A stretch of DNA of 64,000 bases from contig CAKRDD010000018.1 of the NCBI GenBank assembly GCA_934309345.1, positions 5,832-69,831 of the forward strand, given 5' to 3'. The translations under genes were made by a program, and so were the position numbers. The notes beneath the pieces are model-generated. The model did no database searches. It was given only the letters and a program-made list of their open reading frames with translations, and was not told the DNA's origin. This stretch comes from an uncultured Mediterraneibacter sp. GTDB lineage: Bacteria; Bacillota; Clostridia; Lachnospirales; Lachnospiraceae. Shown here piece by piece: positions 48,001 to 58,925 of this stretch; the first letter of the stretch is position 1; each line of letters starts with the position of its first letter.

Positions 48001-48578
48001 TCATTCACACGGGTAAGATTCTGGCGTTCATCCTCCAGCTTTTTCAAAGAAAGTGACTTTCTTCTCTTATATTTTACAATTCCGGCGGCCTCGTCAAAAA
48101 GTTCTCTTCTCTCTTCCGGCTTGCCGCTTAAGATCTTATCAATCTGTCCCTGACCAATAATCGAATAGCCTTCTTTACCGATACCTGTATCATAGAACAT
48201 CTCATTGATATCTTTCAGTCTGCAGGCTGAACCATTGATCAGATACTCACTCTCTCCGGATCGGTACAATTTACGTGTAACAGTAACCTCTTCGTACTCT
48301 ACCGGAAGTTTATGATCTGAATTATCCAGCGTGATTGCAACCGAAGCATAGCTAAGCGGTTTCCGGTTCTCTGTTCCTGAGAAAATTACATCCTGCATGG
48401 TGCCTCCACGCAGCTGCTTCACTCTCTGCTCTCCAAGAACCCAGCGGACGGCGTCAGCGACATTACTCTTACCACTTCCATTCGGACCTACAATACCTGT
48501 AATTCCGTTATGAAATTCAAATTTGATCTTATTGGCAAAAGATTTGAATCCCTGCACTTCTATACTCTTTAAATACAT
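45018..48578 (-). CDS. smc: Chromosome segregation protein SMC
   Basis: GPNGSGKSN (Walker A), long coiled coils, a hinge, [10 protein letters not shown] (signature motif) and [12 protein letters not shown] (Walker B). Confidence 0.97.
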   Translation of the reverse strand: MYLKSIEVQGFKSFANKIKFEFHNGITGIVGPNGSGKSNVADAVRWVLGEQRVKQLRGGTMQDVIFSGTENRKPLSYASVAITLDNSDHKLPVEYEEVTVTRKLYRSGESEYLINGSACRLKDINEMFYDTGIGKEGYSIIGQGQIDKILSGKPEERRELFDEAAGIVKYKRRKSLSLKKLEDERQNLTRVNDILAELEKQIGPLERQSETARIYLKMKEELKTYDINMFLLEEERLQERIREVGGKYEIASQEMKESNARYEKMKAEYEAIEEEVDQIDLAIETAKNQMNETNLLKQQLEGQINVLKEQINTARMNDEHYDHRLSTIVSEIDTRQQQKRELEEEKKRISEQLESASGQDTEAQQSLIEIQSKIAEHSAGIEQKKQEIMGLLGNRASTKAKIQHFDTTKEQIQTRKSVLARNILEISTVAEGQNNRLKEYEEELSQIRERIQTYKEKISLNEQELGRLQNELKEKQEKLRIGQTAYHRESSRLESLKNITERYDGYGNSIRKVMSNKDREKGLIGVVADIIKVDKEYEIAIETALGGSIQNIVTDNEDTAKRMIDFLKRNKFGRATFLPLTSMHGGGGIRNPEALKEPGVIGLANTLIHVESRFDGLADQLLGRTIVVDHIDHGIAIARKYRQSLRLVTLEGDLINPGGSMTGGAFKNSSNLLSRRREIEEFEKTVDMLKSDMDMLEKEVTEAKNRRAACYSVIDEVQEHLREESVLENTARMNVAQVQREQLESKQRYEGFLKEQKALHQELDEINENEDSIQMELETSEKLEKELNEQIEVLQMQLEKEREDEAVQMKQSEEVHLSLAGLDQQKTFIVENISRIDEEITRYEKEQEELAENRGDVSEEILQKENEIEGLRKTIEDSKELFTEIGEEIKVQSKKREELNQQHKDFLRQREELAKHVSDLDKECFRLNSQKEGYEEASEKQMNYMWEEYELTYNHAKELRNETLTDLALMKKKIQELKNEIRKLGSVNVNAIEDYKNVSERYTFLKDQHDDLVEAEASLEQIIEELDVAMRKQFTEQFARIATEFNDVFRQLFGGGKGSLELQEDVDILEAGIRIIAQPPGKKLQNMMQLSGGEKALTAIALLFAIQNLKPSPFCLLDEIEAALDDNNVDRYAKYLHKLTKYTQFIVITHRRGTMAAADRLYGITMQEKGVSTLVSVDLLEDDLDK

Positions 48579-48588
48579 AAAGTCCTCT

Positions 48589-49275
48589 TTACTTTTTCTT
48601 TCTGAGATTCAGGATTGCCTCATAAGCTGCCTGCTGTTCTGCTGACTTCTTCGAGCTTCCTTTTCCACGTCCCCAGGCTTTTCCCCCAATTCTTGCTTCC
48701 ACTTCGAAAATCTTATTATGATCCGGTCCCTGTTCATCGATCAGTTCATAACTTACATTTCCTGTCATATTCGCCTGCACGATCTCCTGTAAGATCGTTT
48801 TACTATCATAAAAGAGTTTCTTATTCTCTAAATCTGTCAAAATAAAATGATGGATAAACTCTTTTGCATTAGTAAAACCACCGTCGAGATAGATAGCCCC
48901 GATCAATGCTTCCATCGCATCAGATGTGATAGAATCTCTCTTTCTTCCACCGGTTGCCTCTTCTCCCTTCCCAAGAAGCAGGTAATCTCCAAGTCCGATA
49001 TCTCTTGCACACATTGCCAGAGACGGTTCACATACCATACTTGCACGTGTCTTTGTCAATTCTCCCTCAGATACCTTTGGAAATTCATTGAATAAATACG
49101 CGCTTGATACTAATTCCAATACTGCATCTCCGAGAAATTCCAGGCGTTCATTACACTCGTATTTCTTCAAATGCTTCTCATTCGTATAAGAACTGTGCAT
49201 CAGTGCACGTTCGATCAGGCTTTTGTCTTTAAACACATATCCGATCTTCTGTTCCAGTTCTTTCACTCTGTCCAT
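48589..49275 (-). CDS. rnc: Ribonuclease III
   Basis: ERLEFLGDAVLE is the RNase III signature. A C-terminal dsRBD is present. Confidence 0.96.
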   Translation of the reverse strand: MDRVKELEQKIGYVFKDKSLIERALMHSSYTNEKHLKKYECNERLEFLGDAVLELVSSAYLFNEFPKVSEGELTKTRASMVCEPSLAMCARDIGLGDYLLLGKGEEATGGRKRDSITSDAMEALIGAIYLDGGFTNAKEFIHHFILTDLENKKLFYDSKTILQEIVQANMTGNVSYELIDEQGPDHNKIFEVEARIGGKAWGRGKGSSKKSAEQQAAYEAILNLRKKK

Positions 49276-49341
49276 TTAAATGGCCTCCTTCGTGTTTATA
49301 AACGAAAAAGCCCAAACGGGCTTTTTCATCTCACTATCTGA

Positions 49342-49581
49342 TTATTCATTAGCCTTCTTTTTCTGGATCTGGTCAACAGCATCCTGCACTGTTGTGATCT
49401 TCTCTGCCTCTTCGTTATCAATCTCGATATCAAAATCTTCCTCAATTCCCATAATAATCTGGAAAATGTCCAGAGAATCTGCTCCAAGATCATCTACAAA
49501 TGTAGTATCCGGTGTGATTGTCTCCGGTGAAACATTAAGTACGTCCGCAATAATTGCCTGCAGTTTTTCAAATTCTGTCAT
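49342..49581 (-). CDS. acpP: Acyl carrier protein
   Basis: 79 aa. DLGADSLD contains the phosphopantetheine-attachment serine. Confidence 0.95.
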   Translation of the reverse strand: MTEFEKLQAIIADVLNVSPETITPDTTFVDDLGADSLDIFQIIMGIEEDFDIEIDNEEAEKITTVQDAVDQIQKKKANE

Positions 49582-49599
49582 TGTAAAACTCCTCCTGTC

Positions 49600-50643
49600 T
49601 TATTCGACTTCTTTCTCTTCTTTCTTTTCTTCCAGGGTCTCCTGTTGAATTGCTTCTTTTATCTTCTCGTTGATCTTCTGCTCCTTAAATGTAACACACT
49701 GAATGATTGAATTGCATACTTCCTTTGACTTTGAACTTCCATGTGTCTTTACTACAAGTCCGTTCAGGCCAAGAAGCGGTGCGCCGCCATACTCGCTTGT
49801 ATCAAAATCTTTCAGTACACCCTTTAAAGCAGGTTTCACAAGCAGTGCCCCTATCTTACTACGCAAAGAAGAAAGCATACCTTTCTTCACTTTCTTAAGC
49901 AGTGCTCCGGCAACTCCCTCATAAAGCTTCAGAATAATGTTACCTGCAAATGCTTCACATACAATAACATCTGCTGCTCCGTAAGGAATATCTCGTGCCT
50001 CAACACTTCCAATGAAATTAATGTCAGGACATTCTTTTAACAATGGAAATGTCTCTTTCACCAGCGCATTCCCTTTCTCTTCTTCAGCACCGATATTCAC
50101 GATACCAACTGTCGGATTCTTCTTTCCCATAACGCTTTCCATATAAATGGATCCCATCTTTGCAAACTGTACCAGATGAGATGGGCGCGCATCTACATTA
50201 GCTCCACAATCGATCAAAAGTGAAACACCTTTTAATGTAGGGATCAATGGTGCAAGCGGTGGTCTTTCAACGCCTTTGATCCTGCCTACAAGAACCTGTC
50301 CTCCAACAAGAACGGCTCCTGAACTTCCTGCGGATACAAATGCATCAGCTTCCCCTTTCTTCACCATCTTCATCGCAACAACGATAGATGAATCCTTCTT
50401 GCCACGGATTGCTTTCACCGGAGGTTCTGCCGTCTCAATGACCTCTGTAGCATTCACAATCTCAATCTGCTCCTCCGGATACGTATAAGCGGAGAGTTCC
50501 TTGCGGATCACATCTTCCTTACCTGTCAGCAATACCTTGATATCTTTTCTCTTCTGTACTGCCTCTACCGCACCTTTTACCATCTCTCCTGGTGCATGGT
50601 CTCCTCCCATGGCATCAAGGGCAACCCTTGTAATCTCTGACAT
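49600..50643 (-). CDS. plsX: Phosphate acyltransferase
   Basis: RVALDAMGGDHAP is the PlsX N-terminus. The start is set at MSEITR (50643, RBS aaggagg). Confidence 0.95.
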   Translation of the reverse strand: MSEITRVALDAMGGDHAPGEMVKGAVEAVQKRKDIKVLLTGKEDVIRKELSAYTYPEEQIEIVNATEVIETAEPPVKAIRGKKDSSIVVAMKMVKKGEADAFVSAGSSGAVLVGGQVLVGRIKGVERPPLAPLIPTLKGVSLLIDCGANVDARPSHLVQFAKMGSIYMESVMGKKNPTVGIVNIGAEEEKGNALVKETFPLLKECPDINFIGSVEARDIPYGAADVIVCEAFAGNIILKLYEGVAGALLKKVKKGMLSSLRSKIGALLVKPALKGVLKDFDTSEYGGAPLLGLNGLVVKTHGSSKSKEVCNSIIQCVTFKEQKINEKIKEAIQQETLEEKKEEKEVE

Positions 50644-50777
50644 ATCATTTCCTCCTTGCGCTACTGAAATTATTCTACTGGATATCAGTATAAAAATCAA
50701 TAAAAAAAGGCGTAAAACACAAAGTTTTTACGCCCTCAAGTGTTCTGTTCGCAGTACACTCAATATCTTATTGATCA

Positions 50778-50957
50778 TTAGTCAACTGAAACGATCTCGC
50801 GCTTGTTGTAAGATCCACATGCCTTACATACACGGTGTGGCATCATAAGCTCGCCGCACTTGCTGCATTTCACCAGATTCGGTGCGCTCATCTTCCAGTT
50901 AGCTCTTCTTTTATCTCTTCTTGCTTTTGAAGATTTATTCTTTGGACAGATTGACAT
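50778..50957 (-). CDS. rpmF: 50S ribosomal protein L32
   Basis: My own translation (59 aa, below the ORF-track cutoff) is MSICPKNKSSKARRDKRRANWKMSAPNLVKCSKCGELMMPHRVCKACGSYNKREIVSVD. It lies in the usual position between the DUF177 gene and plsX. Confidence 0.9.
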   Translation of the reverse strand: MSICPKNKSSKARRDKRRANWKMSAPNLVKCSKCGELMMPHRVCKACGSYNKREIVSVD

Positions 50958-50960
50958 AGG

Positions 50961-51488
50961 TTACACCTCCTTAAAATTCTTAAATAAGTCACGGACAACT
51001 GACATTCTCGGATCAAGCCCTGTATCTTCACAGTTACAAGACCCCGTATTTAAATTCTGACCGCATACATTGCATAATCCCTTGCAGTCTTCCCTGCAAA
51101 GTACTTTCGTCGGCCAGCTCGACAAAATCTCATGAAAGAGCAGTTTGTCCACGTCAAGATGATATCCGTCAATAAAGTTTGATTCATCCAGCTCCTCTGT
51201 CAGTTCTGCGTCGGAGAGGCCTACGTCCACATGCTTCACACAATTCAGTTCAAACTCCCGTTTCACATCCTCCAGACAACGGTCACATGGAATCATGACA
51301 CTCAATCTGGTATCAGCTGTGATGAGCAGTTCTTTTCCCCTTATATGCTCTACTTTAACATGAACCGGCTCCTTGCTGATAATGGGGTAGGTTCCGGATT
51401 GTAACCGGATCTCTTCCATCTCCAGCCGCACAGTTTCTTCAACCGCCTTATGCTGGTCTGACAAAACGTCTGATAGGTTAATCAACAT
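50961..51488 (-). CDS. DUF177 (YceD-like) protein
   Basis: Cysteine-rich C-terminal part CREDCKGLCNVCGQNLN. It has the conserved position upstream of rpmF. Confidence 0.85.
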   Translation of the reverse strand: MLINLSDVLSDQHKAVEETVRLEMEEIRLQSGTYPIISKEPVHVKVEHIRGKELLITADTRLSVMIPCDRCLEDVKREFELNCVKHVDVGLSDAELTEELDESNFIDGYHLDVDKLLFHEILSSWPTKVLCREDCKGLCNVCGQNLNTGSCNCEDTGLDPRMSVVRDLFKNFKEV

Positions 51489-51620
51489 AATGTATTTCTC
51501 CTATTCATACCTAAACTATTATATCATGGAAAAATTGTTTGTCAACAGATATTTATAATTTCTATCAAAATTATTAAAAATCGCAAATTGTATTGGATAC
51601 ATTTCACCATCTTCTATGCG

Positions 51621-51662
51621 CAAAAGCAGGACTGAACTGCTCTTCGTGCACTCCAGCCCTGC
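51621..51662 (-). terminator. Intrinsic terminator after ackA
   Basis: The minus strand reads gcagggctgga gtgcacgaagagcag ttcagtcctgc ttttg (11-bp stem including G-U pairs, then a T-run). Confidence 0.6.
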
Positions 51663-51727
51663 GGTTATATACAATTATTTCCTTACAGATTACCATTGTA
51701 TACATTTTTAAGTTAAGGTTTCTTCAA

Positions 51728-52924
51728 TTATTTTACAAGCGCTAATGTCTCACGGGCAATTGCAAGTTCTTCGTTTGTAGGAATAACGAATACTTTAACT
51801 TTTGATCCTTCTTTTGTAAGCTCTGCTTCTTTTCCTCTGAGTCCTGTATTCACTTCTGAATCAAAGTCTACTCCGAGGTATCCGAGGTATTTACATACTT
51901 CTTCTCTTACGTAATCATCGTTCTCACCGATACCAGCTGTGAATACGATATCGTCTACACCGTTCATTGCTGCTGCGTAAGATCCGATATATTTTGCTAC
52001 TCTGTAGGAGAATACATCCATAGCGATTGTTGCTTTCTTATCTCCTGCGTTCATAGCATCTGTAAGATCACGGAAGTCACTGGAAAGTCCGCCTGAGATT
52101 CCAAACACACCAGATTTCTTATTCAGGACATTCATAACACCATCGATATCAAGGTTCTCTTTCTTAGCGATGAACTCCATGATTGCTGGATCGATATCTC
52201 CTGAACGTGTTCCCATTACAAGTCCTTCAAGTGGAGTAAGTCCCATAGAAGTATCTACACATTTTCCATTGAGAACTGCACTTACACTGGAACCATTTCC
52301 AAGGTGGCATACGATTGTCTTCACTTCATCGTAAGGTCTTCCCATTACTTCTGCTGCTCTCTTAGATACAAAGCTGTGGCTTGTTCCGTGGAAACCATAA
52401 CGTCTTACTTTGTATTTCTCATAATACTCATATGGAAGTCCGTACATATAAGCCTTCTCTGGCATTGTCTGATGGAAAGCTGTATCAAATACTGCAACCA
52501 TAGGTGTTCCTGGCATCAGTTTCTCACATGCTGCAACACCGATCAGGTTTGCCGGGTTATGAAGTGGTGCAAGATCATTACACTCTTCTACTGCTTTCTT
52601 TACTTCGTCTGTGATTACTACAGATGAAGCAAACTTCTCTCCACCATGTACGAGACGGTGTCCAACTGCTCCGATCTCATCAAGGCTCTTAACAACTCCT
52701 GTCTTCTCATTTGTCAGAGCATCAATTACAAACTGAATTGCTTCTGTATGAGTTGGCATAGCCAGATCAGATTTCTCTTTCTCTCCGCCAGCCGGCTGAT
52801 ATGTCAGACGTCCGTCGATTCCAATTCTCTCACAAAGTCCTTTTGCAAGTACATCCTCTGTCTCAGCATTGATCAGCTGGAATTTCAGAGATGAGCTTCC
52901 GCAGTTGATTACTAATACGTTCAT
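51728..52924 (-). CDS. ackA: Acetate kinase
   Basis: VLVINCGSSSLKF, RRYGFHGTSH, and FTAGIGEN. Confidence 0.97.
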   Translation of the reverse strand: MNVLVINCGSSSLKFQLINAETEDVLAKGLCERIGIDGRLTYQPAGGEKEKSDLAMPTHTEAIQFVIDALTNEKTGVVKSLDEIGAVGHRLVHGGEKFASSVVITDEVKKAVEECNDLAPLHNPANLIGVAACEKLMPGTPMVAVFDTAFHQTMPEKAYMYGLPYEYYEKYKVRRYGFHGTSHSFVSKRAAEVMGRPYDEVKTIVCHLGNGSSVSAVLNGKCVDTSMGLTPLEGLVMGTRSGDIDPAIMEFIAKKENLDIDGVMNVLNKKSGVFGISGGLSSDFRDLTDAMNAGDKKATIAMDVFSYRVAKYIGSYAAAMNGVDDIVFTAGIGENDDYVREEVCKYLGYLGVDFDSEVNTGLRGKEAELTKEGSKVKVFVIPTNEELAIARETLALVK

Positions 52925-53040
52925 TTTCTTTTTTCCTCCTGAAAAAACCTTATTCTTATTATCCGAGGGCAGCTTACACTACCCTCTTTGTTTCTTTTGA
53001 TTACCCGTAACTATTTTTAAAGATCTGTAAACAATTACAA

Positions 53041-54036
53041 TTATTCAGCCTGTGCCTGTACAGCTGTGATAGCTACAACGCCTACGATATCTTCAGCGCT
53101 GCACCCACGGGAAAGGTCGTTAACCGGAGCGGCGATTCCCTGTGTCAGAGGACCGTAAGCTTCTGCTTTAGCAAGTCTCTGAACAAGTTTGTATCCAATG
53201 TTACCAGCATCAAGGTCTGGGAATACAAGTACGTTAGCATGTCCTGCAACCTTGCTTCCCGGTGCTTTGGACTCTCCAACAGCCGGAACGATTGCAGCAT
53301 CAAGCTGAAGTTCTCCGTCAAGAGCAAGCTCTGGTGCAAGTTCCTGAGCGATCTTTGTTGCCTCAACAACTTTATCTACATCTGCATGCTTAGCACTTCC
53401 CTTTGTTGAGTGAGAAAGCATAGCAACAACTGGCTCTTTCTCAACAAGCAGTTTGAAAGAATCTGCAGAAGAAATAGCGATGTTCGCAAGTTTCTCCGGA
53501 TCCGGATTCTGCTCAAGTCCTGCATCAGCAAAGATGAATGTTCCGTTTGCTCCCATGTCGCAGTTCGGTACTACCATAAGGAAGAATGCGGATACAAGCT
53601 TTGTTCCCGGTTTTGTCTTCAGGATCTGAAGGCATGGACGAAGTGTATCTGCTGTAGAGTGGCATGCACCTGATACCATTCCGTCTGCATCACCCATCTT
53701 AACCATCATTACACCATAGTATAAGTAGTTGCTAAGAAGCAGTTCTTTTGCCTGCTCAGGAGTCATTCCCTTTTTCTGTCTTAACTCAACAAGTTTTGCA
53801 ATATATCCTTCTGTTCTTGCATCTGTTGCAGGATCTACGATTGTTGCACCGGAGATGTCGTATGTACCTTTGTTCTTCTCAATCTCCTCTTTGCTTCCTA
53901 CAAGCACCAGATCAGCAAGTCCCTCTTTCAGTACTGTCTCTGCTGCTTTATAAGTTCTTTCGTCTTCTGTCTCTGGAAGAACGATTGTCTTTTTGCAAGC
54001 TTTTGCTCTTGCTTTGATTTCATCAATAAATCCCAT
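53041..54036 (-). CDS. pta: Phosphate acetyltransferase (PTA_PTB catalytic domain only)
   Basis: 331 aa. GADGMVSGA and the C-terminal SRGCSAEDIV. It lies directly upstream of ackA. Confidence 0.95.
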   Translation of the reverse strand: MGFIDEIKARAKACKKTIVLPETEDERTYKAAETVLKEGLADLVLVGSKEEIEKNKGTYDISGATIVDPATDARTEGYIAKLVELRQKKGMTPEQAKELLLSNYLYYGVMMVKMGDADGMVSGACHSTADTLRPCLQILKTKPGTKLVSAFFLMVVPNCDMGANGTFIFADAGLEQNPDPEKLANIAISSADSFKLLVEKEPVVAMLSHSTKGSAKHADVDKVVEATKIAQELAPELALDGELQLDAAIVPAVGESKAPGSKVAGHANVLVFPDLDAGNIGYKLVQRLAKAEAYGPLTQGIAAPVNDLSRGCSAEDIVGVVAITAVQAQAE

Positions 54037-54200
54037 GATTTAATGCCACCTTTCTTTTTATCTCACTTGGCTCTATTATAACGCAATCGTTTTTTGTATA
54101 CAAGTCATTTTATGTGCATTTTCAAATACAATCCGCACTTTGTAACAGGATATTTGTAAGATTGTTACAGTTTTATCAAACATTGTCTTTTTCCAGAAAC

Positions 54201-54250
54201 AATAAGAGCCGGAACAGACACCACTCATGGTAACTATTCTGGCTCTTATT
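54201..54250. repeat. Stand-alone copy of the hairpin module found inside repeat copies A and B, placed where the tmcAL terminator should be
   Basis: aataagagccggaacag acaccactcatggtaa ctattctggctcttatt matches taagagccagacag gcaccacacacggtaa ctgttctggctctta at 15075-15119, including the loop. It starts 6 nt after the TAG stop at 54256. Confidence 0.65.
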
Positions 54251-54255
54251 AAAAT

Positions 54256-55542
54256 CTACACCTTCAAAATCCCCTGCTTATATTCATTTTGAAACGCTGT
54301 CTTAAACTTATCCGTCACCACTGAGGTATACAGATTTGAAGCAAGCATATCATGCCTGAGCATTTTCTGACCAAGTTCCGGAAGATCTTCGATTTCAGAC
54401 ATTTTCGTCAAAACCGGAAGACTGCTTTCCTTTGACATAGCTGCCAGCAGCTTTGCATTGTCTTTTCGAAAACCAAGCAGACGTGCATACATATGATAGC
54501 CATTGTCAATATATTCTTCCACATTTGCTTTCTTCGTTCCAAGCATAATATGAAGCAGCGCACGGTTAACTCTGGTCTGTGTGAGTTCTCGCGTTTTCAG
54601 TAGATCACAGAACTGTTTATAATTAAAGAAGTTATTTAGCTGATTCGCAATTCTGGATGCGATCTCCGGGGAGACATCCACATATCGAACCAGACTTTCC
54701 GGCTGTTTATTTAACAGTTTATATTTCAAAATCAAAGAAAAATCATTCTGTGAAATCGGATACTGTACTTTATGATAATCCTTCAAAAGTTCCAGACAAC
54801 ATTTTGGAACCTGGTTTTCCAACTCTGACAGTATTCCCGAAAGCGAAAGCTCATCGTAATTTCCTTCTACCGGTTCTGTATTGAAAGATGAACTTGAATA
54901 AGCAAGCAGTGAACGAATTGCCGTAGCGGAACTGTAATCACTGTCCAGTTCTTCATCATGATACTGTGCACCACGCCTTGCAATCGTATAAGGTTCCATC
55001 CTGCTTCCAATTTTTTTGATTGCTTTCAGATATTCAATTCCTAAAATATTATTCGGATTTCTTAAAATCTCTGCAAACCGAGAATCTTCTGTATAAGAAA
55101 GAATCGCTTCCTGTCTGGCGCGCGGGAAAGACATCCCTTGTTTCAGATAATCTTTCAACAGAATCTGATAGGCTTCAGGTTCTTCAAGAAGAAGTTCTGC
55201 AAGCTGTTCCATACTCGGAAGGTCATCACATTCACTGCCAAAACAGATAGAATCAACAATTCCAAGAGACTCTAAAAGAGATACTGCTCCAAGTGCAAAA
55301 AGCTCCGCTGATCCCGTCGCATAGCAGACCGGAAGTTCAAAGACAGCTCCAGCGCCACACATCAGCGCCATCTCTGCACGTATCCTTTTAGGCATGATTG
55401 CAGGTGTTCCCCGCTGCACATAGTCACCACTCATAACGACAACGGCCGCATCTGCACCGGTTACACGCAAAGATTCTTTAATATGATAAAGATGTCCATT
55501 GTGAAATGGATTATATTCTGTAATAAGACCAACGATTTTCAT
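54256..55542 (-). CDS. tmcAL: tRNA(Met) cytidine acetate ligase (UPF0348 / YlbM-type nucleotidyltransferase)
   Basis: MKIVGLITEYNPFHNGHLYHI contains the HxGH nucleotidyltransferase motif. Length ~430 aa. Confidence 0.85.
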   Translation of the reverse strand: MKIVGLITEYNPFHNGHLYHIKESLRVTGADAAVVVMSGDYVQRGTPAIMPKRIRAEMALMCGAGAVFELPVCYATGSAELFALGAVSLLESLGIVDSICFGSECDDLPSMEQLAELLLEEPEAYQILLKDYLKQGMSFPRARQEAILSYTEDSRFAEILRNPNNILGIEYLKAIKKIGSRMEPYTIARRGAQYHDEELDSDYSSATAIRSLLAYSSSSFNTEPVEGNYDELSLSGILSELENQVPKCCLELLKDYHKVQYPISQNDFSLILKYKLLNKQPESLVRYVDVSPEIASRIANQLNNFFNYKQFCDLLKTRELTQTRVNRALLHIMLGTKKANVEEYIDNGYHMYARLLGFRKDNAKLLAAMSKESSLPVLTKMSEIEDLPELGQKMLRHDMLASNLYTSVVTDKFKTAFQNEYKQGILKV

Positions 55543-55555
55543 AACAGTTACCAGA

Positions 55556-56416
55556 TTACAATCTCTTCATACAAGTAATCGCCAGTGCCCCCGGACCAAT
55601 ATGGCAGGCCACGCTCAATGACAATTGTCCTTCCATAATCTCATATCCCGGAAACCTTTCTTCGATCTCCGCTTTCCACTCCTGTGCTTCTTCTTTACTG
55701 CATGTATAAGCCATACCAAGAACCATCTGATCCTTAACATCTGCAAAGCGTCCATTCAGATCTTTCTCGATCGCATTTAGCATTGTCTTCTTCGCTGTTT
55801 TCCAGCCTCTTGCTTTAGAAAATGCATCCAGCTTTTCTCCCTGGATCTGAAGAACAGGCTTTAAGTTAAGCACCGTTCCGATCGCCGCTGCCGCCGGTGT
55901 GATTCTTCCACCTTTTTTCAGGTATTTTAAAGTATCAACCGTAATATAAATGCTTGCCTGAAGTTTTTCTTTCTCCAGTATTTCTTTAATCTCTGCTGCA
56001 CTCTTTCCTTCTTCACGCAGATTCATTGCATCCAGAACAGACTGCTCCTGTGTAACTGAAATTCTCTGATTATCAACCACTTGAACGCGTCCGTCATATT
56101 CAGCCGCAAGAGTAATTGCTGTTGCACATGTGCTGCTCAAGCCACTAGACATCGGAATACATACAAGCTCATCATATTCTTCCAGAACTTTATCCCAAAG
56201 ATCCATGACCTCTCCCGGTGACGGCTGGGATGTTGAAATGTCAGAATCTGCTCCGAGCTTTTCATAAAATTCACTTTGGGAAAGTGTGATATCCTCCAGA
56301 TAAAGTTCTCCATCAATAAAAAATGGCATCGGAAGGACAAAAATCCCCAGTTCTTTTCCTCGTTCCTGTGTTATACCGCTATTACTATCCGTTACAATTG
56401 CAACTTTACTCATCAA
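55556..56416 (-). CDS. DegV-family fatty-acid-binding protein
   Basis: VAIVTDSNSGI at the N-terminus and the C-terminal HIGPGALA are typical of DegV. Confidence 0.92.
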   Translation of the reverse strand: MMSKVAIVTDSNSGITQERGKELGIFVLPMPFFIDGELYLEDITLSQSEFYEKLGADSDISTSQPSPGEVMDLWDKVLEEYDELVCIPMSSGLSSTCATAITLAAEYDGRVQVVDNQRISVTQEQSVLDAMNLREEGKSAAEIKEILEKEKLQASIYITVDTLKYLKKGGRITPAAAAIGTVLNLKPVLQIQGEKLDAFSKARGWKTAKKTMLNAIEKDLNGRFADVKDQMVLGMAYTCSKEEAQEWKAEIEERFPGYEIMEGQLSLSVACHIGPGALAITCMKRL

Positions 56417-56427
56417 ATTTCTCCCTA

Positions 56428-57792
56428 TTAATTCTTAAAACTATGAATTGGAGCCGGAATACGTCCCTGTCTGTTAATAAACGCATCACATCCGAATTCA
56501 TTCACCGGCATAATTGGTGCATATCCTAACAATCCGCCAAATTCTGCCACATCTCCAACATCCTTACCAATAACCGGTATCAGACGCACTGCTGTTGTCT
56601 TCTGGTTGACCATACCGATTGCCATCTCATCTGCGATAATTCCTGAGATTGTCGCTGCTGATGTCTTTCCAGGGATTGCGATCATATCAAGTCCTACAGA
56701 GCATACGCATGTCATTGCCTCTAACTTTTCAAGTGTAAGAGAGCCTGCATTTACTGCATCGATCATTCCCTGGTCTTCACTGACCGGAATAAATGCACCG
56801 CTGAGTCCACCTACATAAGAAGATGCCATAACGCCGCCCTTCTTCACCTGGTCATTGAGCATTGCAAGTGCTGCTGTTGTTCCAGGTGCACCAACGCGCT
56901 CCAGTCCGATCTCCTCCAGAATCTCTGCAATACTGTCACCAACTGCCGGAGTCGGAGCAAGTGAAAGATCGATGATTCCAAATGGAATTCCAAGACGTGC
57001 GGAAGCCTCTCCTGCAACAAGCTGTCCTACTCGTGTAATCTTAAACGCTGTCTTCTTAATTGTTTCACAGAGTTCTTCAAAACCTTTTCCACGTGCTTTT
57101 TCAATCGCTTTCTTTACAACTCCCGGTCCACTGACACCTACATTAATAATCGTATCTGCCTCAGTTACACCGAGGAATGCACCTGCCATAAACGGGTTAT
57201 CATCCGGTGCATTGCAAAGAATAACAAGCTTTGCACAGCCAAGAGAATCTCTGTCTTTCGTTGCCTCTGCCGCTTCTTTCACAATCTGTCCACACAGACG
57301 GACTGCATCCATATTAATACCTGTCTTTGTTGATCCCACATTGACAGAACTACAGATTCTCTCTGTCTCGGCCAGTGCCTGTGGAATTGAACGGATCAGA
57401 TTCTCTTCACTTGGTGTCATTCCTTTCGACACAAGCGCGGAGTATCCGCCAATGAAGTTTACGCCAACCTTTTCCGCTGCGCGGTCAAGTGTGCGTGCGA
57501 TTGTCACATAATCTTCCGGAGTCTTACACGCTGCTGCTCCAACAAGCGATACAGGTGTAATTGAAATTCTCTTATTTACGATCGGAATTCCGAATTCTTT
57601 CTCAATGTCTTTTCCTGTAGATACAAGATCTTTTGCAACTGTTGTAATTTTCTCATAAATCTTACGGTTCAGTTCATCCAGATCAGAATCCACACAGTCC
57701 AACAGACTGATTCCAAGAGTGATCGTGCGGACATCAAGGTTCTCGCTCTCGATCATCTTATTGGTTTCTGATACTTCATACATATTAATCAT
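56428..57792 (-). CDS. UPF0210 / DUF711 (PFL-like) family protein
   Basis: ~450 aa. The N-terminal [10 protein letters not shown] motif and pairing with an upstream ACT-domain UPF0237 gene are characteristic. Confidence 0.85.
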   Translation of the reverse strand: MINMYEVSETNKMIESENLDVRTITLGISLLDCVDSDLDELNRKIYEKITTVAKDLVSTGKDIEKEFGIPIVNKRISITPVSLVGAAACKTPEDYVTIARTLDRAAEKVGVNFIGGYSALVSKGMTPSEENLIRSIPQALAETERICSSVNVGSTKTGINMDAVRLCGQIVKEAAEATKDRDSLGCAKLVILCNAPDDNPFMAGAFLGVTEADTIINVGVSGPGVVKKAIEKARGKGFEELCETIKKTAFKITRVGQLVAGEASARLGIPFGIIDLSLAPTPAVGDSIAEILEEIGLERVGAPGTTAALAMLNDQVKKGGVMASSYVGGLSGAFIPVSEDQGMIDAVNAGSLTLEKLEAMTCVCSVGLDMIAIPGKTSAATISGIIADEMAIGMVNQKTTAVRLIPVIGKDVGDVAEFGGLLGYAPIMPVNEFGCDAFINRQGRIPAPIHSFKN

Positions 57793-57821
57793 AGTCTTAT
57801 CCTCACCTTATCTCCGACTGC

Positions 57822-58094
57822 TTACAGACGGTGCATTTTTTCAAAAATCTCTTCTCTCTGGCAGTGAATTGTTACACCGATCTCTTTGCCAAGTGCATCC
57901 ATCTCATCACAAATTTCTTTGAAATCTTTCTTCAGATTCGCAACATCCACGATCATCATCATGTTGAAATATCCCTGAACAATTGTCTGTGAAATATCAA
58001 GAATATTTATTTCATTTTCTGCAAGATATGTACATACTTTTGCAATAATTCCTACTGTGTCTTCTCCAAGTACTGTGACAATACATTTCTTCAT
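57822..58094 (-). CDS. ACT-domain protein (UPF0237)
   Basis: MKKCIVTVLGEDTVGIIAKVCTYLAE. The start is set at 58094 (RBS ggagg). Confidence 0.85.
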   Translation of the reverse strand: MKKCIVTVLGEDTVGIIAKVCTYLAENEINILDISQTIVQGYFNMMMIVDVANLKKDFKEICDEMDALGKEIGVTIHCQREEIFEKMHRL

Positions 58095-58127
58095 TCTTTC
58101 TGTACCTCCGCTTTGATTCACTCAATT

Positions 58128-58925
58128 TTATACATTAATAATATCCGAAACTGATTCCCGGCTTGCAACGAACATATTCAGGTCTTCCCCTTTATATTCA
58201 TTATCTGCAAGCGTAACTTCCAGCTTCACTGTCTCATAAGCAAGTCTTGCGTAATTGTTCTCCTTGCTCAGGTGACCAAGCATGATGTGTTTCAGATTAT
58301 CATGTAGTATATCACAAAGAAGCTGTCCTGACAATTCATTTGATAAATGACCGCGATCACCAAGAATTCTCTGCTTCAAATAATATGGATATCCTCCGAC
58401 TTCCAGCATATGGATATCATGGTTTGCTTCCAGAAGGATCGCATCCAGATTTTTCAGATTCTCCACTGTATAATCATCATATTTCCCAAGATCTGTTGCA
58501 ACTGCTACGGACTTCCCACCTTGTTCAATCCGATACCCGGACGGTTCATTTGCATCATGGGAAATAGCAAATGGGTGTACATCCAGTTCACCAAGCTGAA
58601 ATGGGTGATCTGCCTTGATCGGATGCAAAAGTCCTTCCGGCATCTTTCCAAGACTGGAAGATTCTTTGATTCCTGCAATCGTTCCGGGAGTCGCATAAAT
58701 CGGGATCTCATACTTTCTGCTGAACACACCAAGTCCTTTGATATGATCCGAATGTTCATGTGTGATCAGAATCCCATCGAGTTCGTCCCCTTTAATTTCC
58801 AGCTTATTCAGACCTTCTTCAATTCGTTTCTTACTAATTCCCGTATCAATCAGCAGATGGGAATTATCACTTCCTACATAAATACAGTTTCCACTGCTGC
58901 CGCTTGCAATACTGCACATTCTCAT
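58128..58925 (-). CDS. MBL-fold metallo-hydrolase
   Basis: ITHEHSDHIKG is the HxHxDH motif. Confidence 0.85.
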   Translation of the reverse strand: MRMCSIASGSSGNCIYVGSDNSHLLIDTGISKKRIEEGLNKLEIKGDELDGILITHEHSDHIKGLGVFSRKYEIPIYATPGTIAGIKESSSLGKMPEGLLHPIKADHPFQLGELDVHPFAISHDANEPSGYRIEQGGKSVAVATDLGKYDDYTVENLKNLDAILLEANHDIHMLEVGGYPYYLKQRILGDRGHLSNELSGQLLCDILHDNLKHIMLGHLSKENNYARLAYETVKLEVTLADNEYKGEDLNMFVASRESVSDIINV

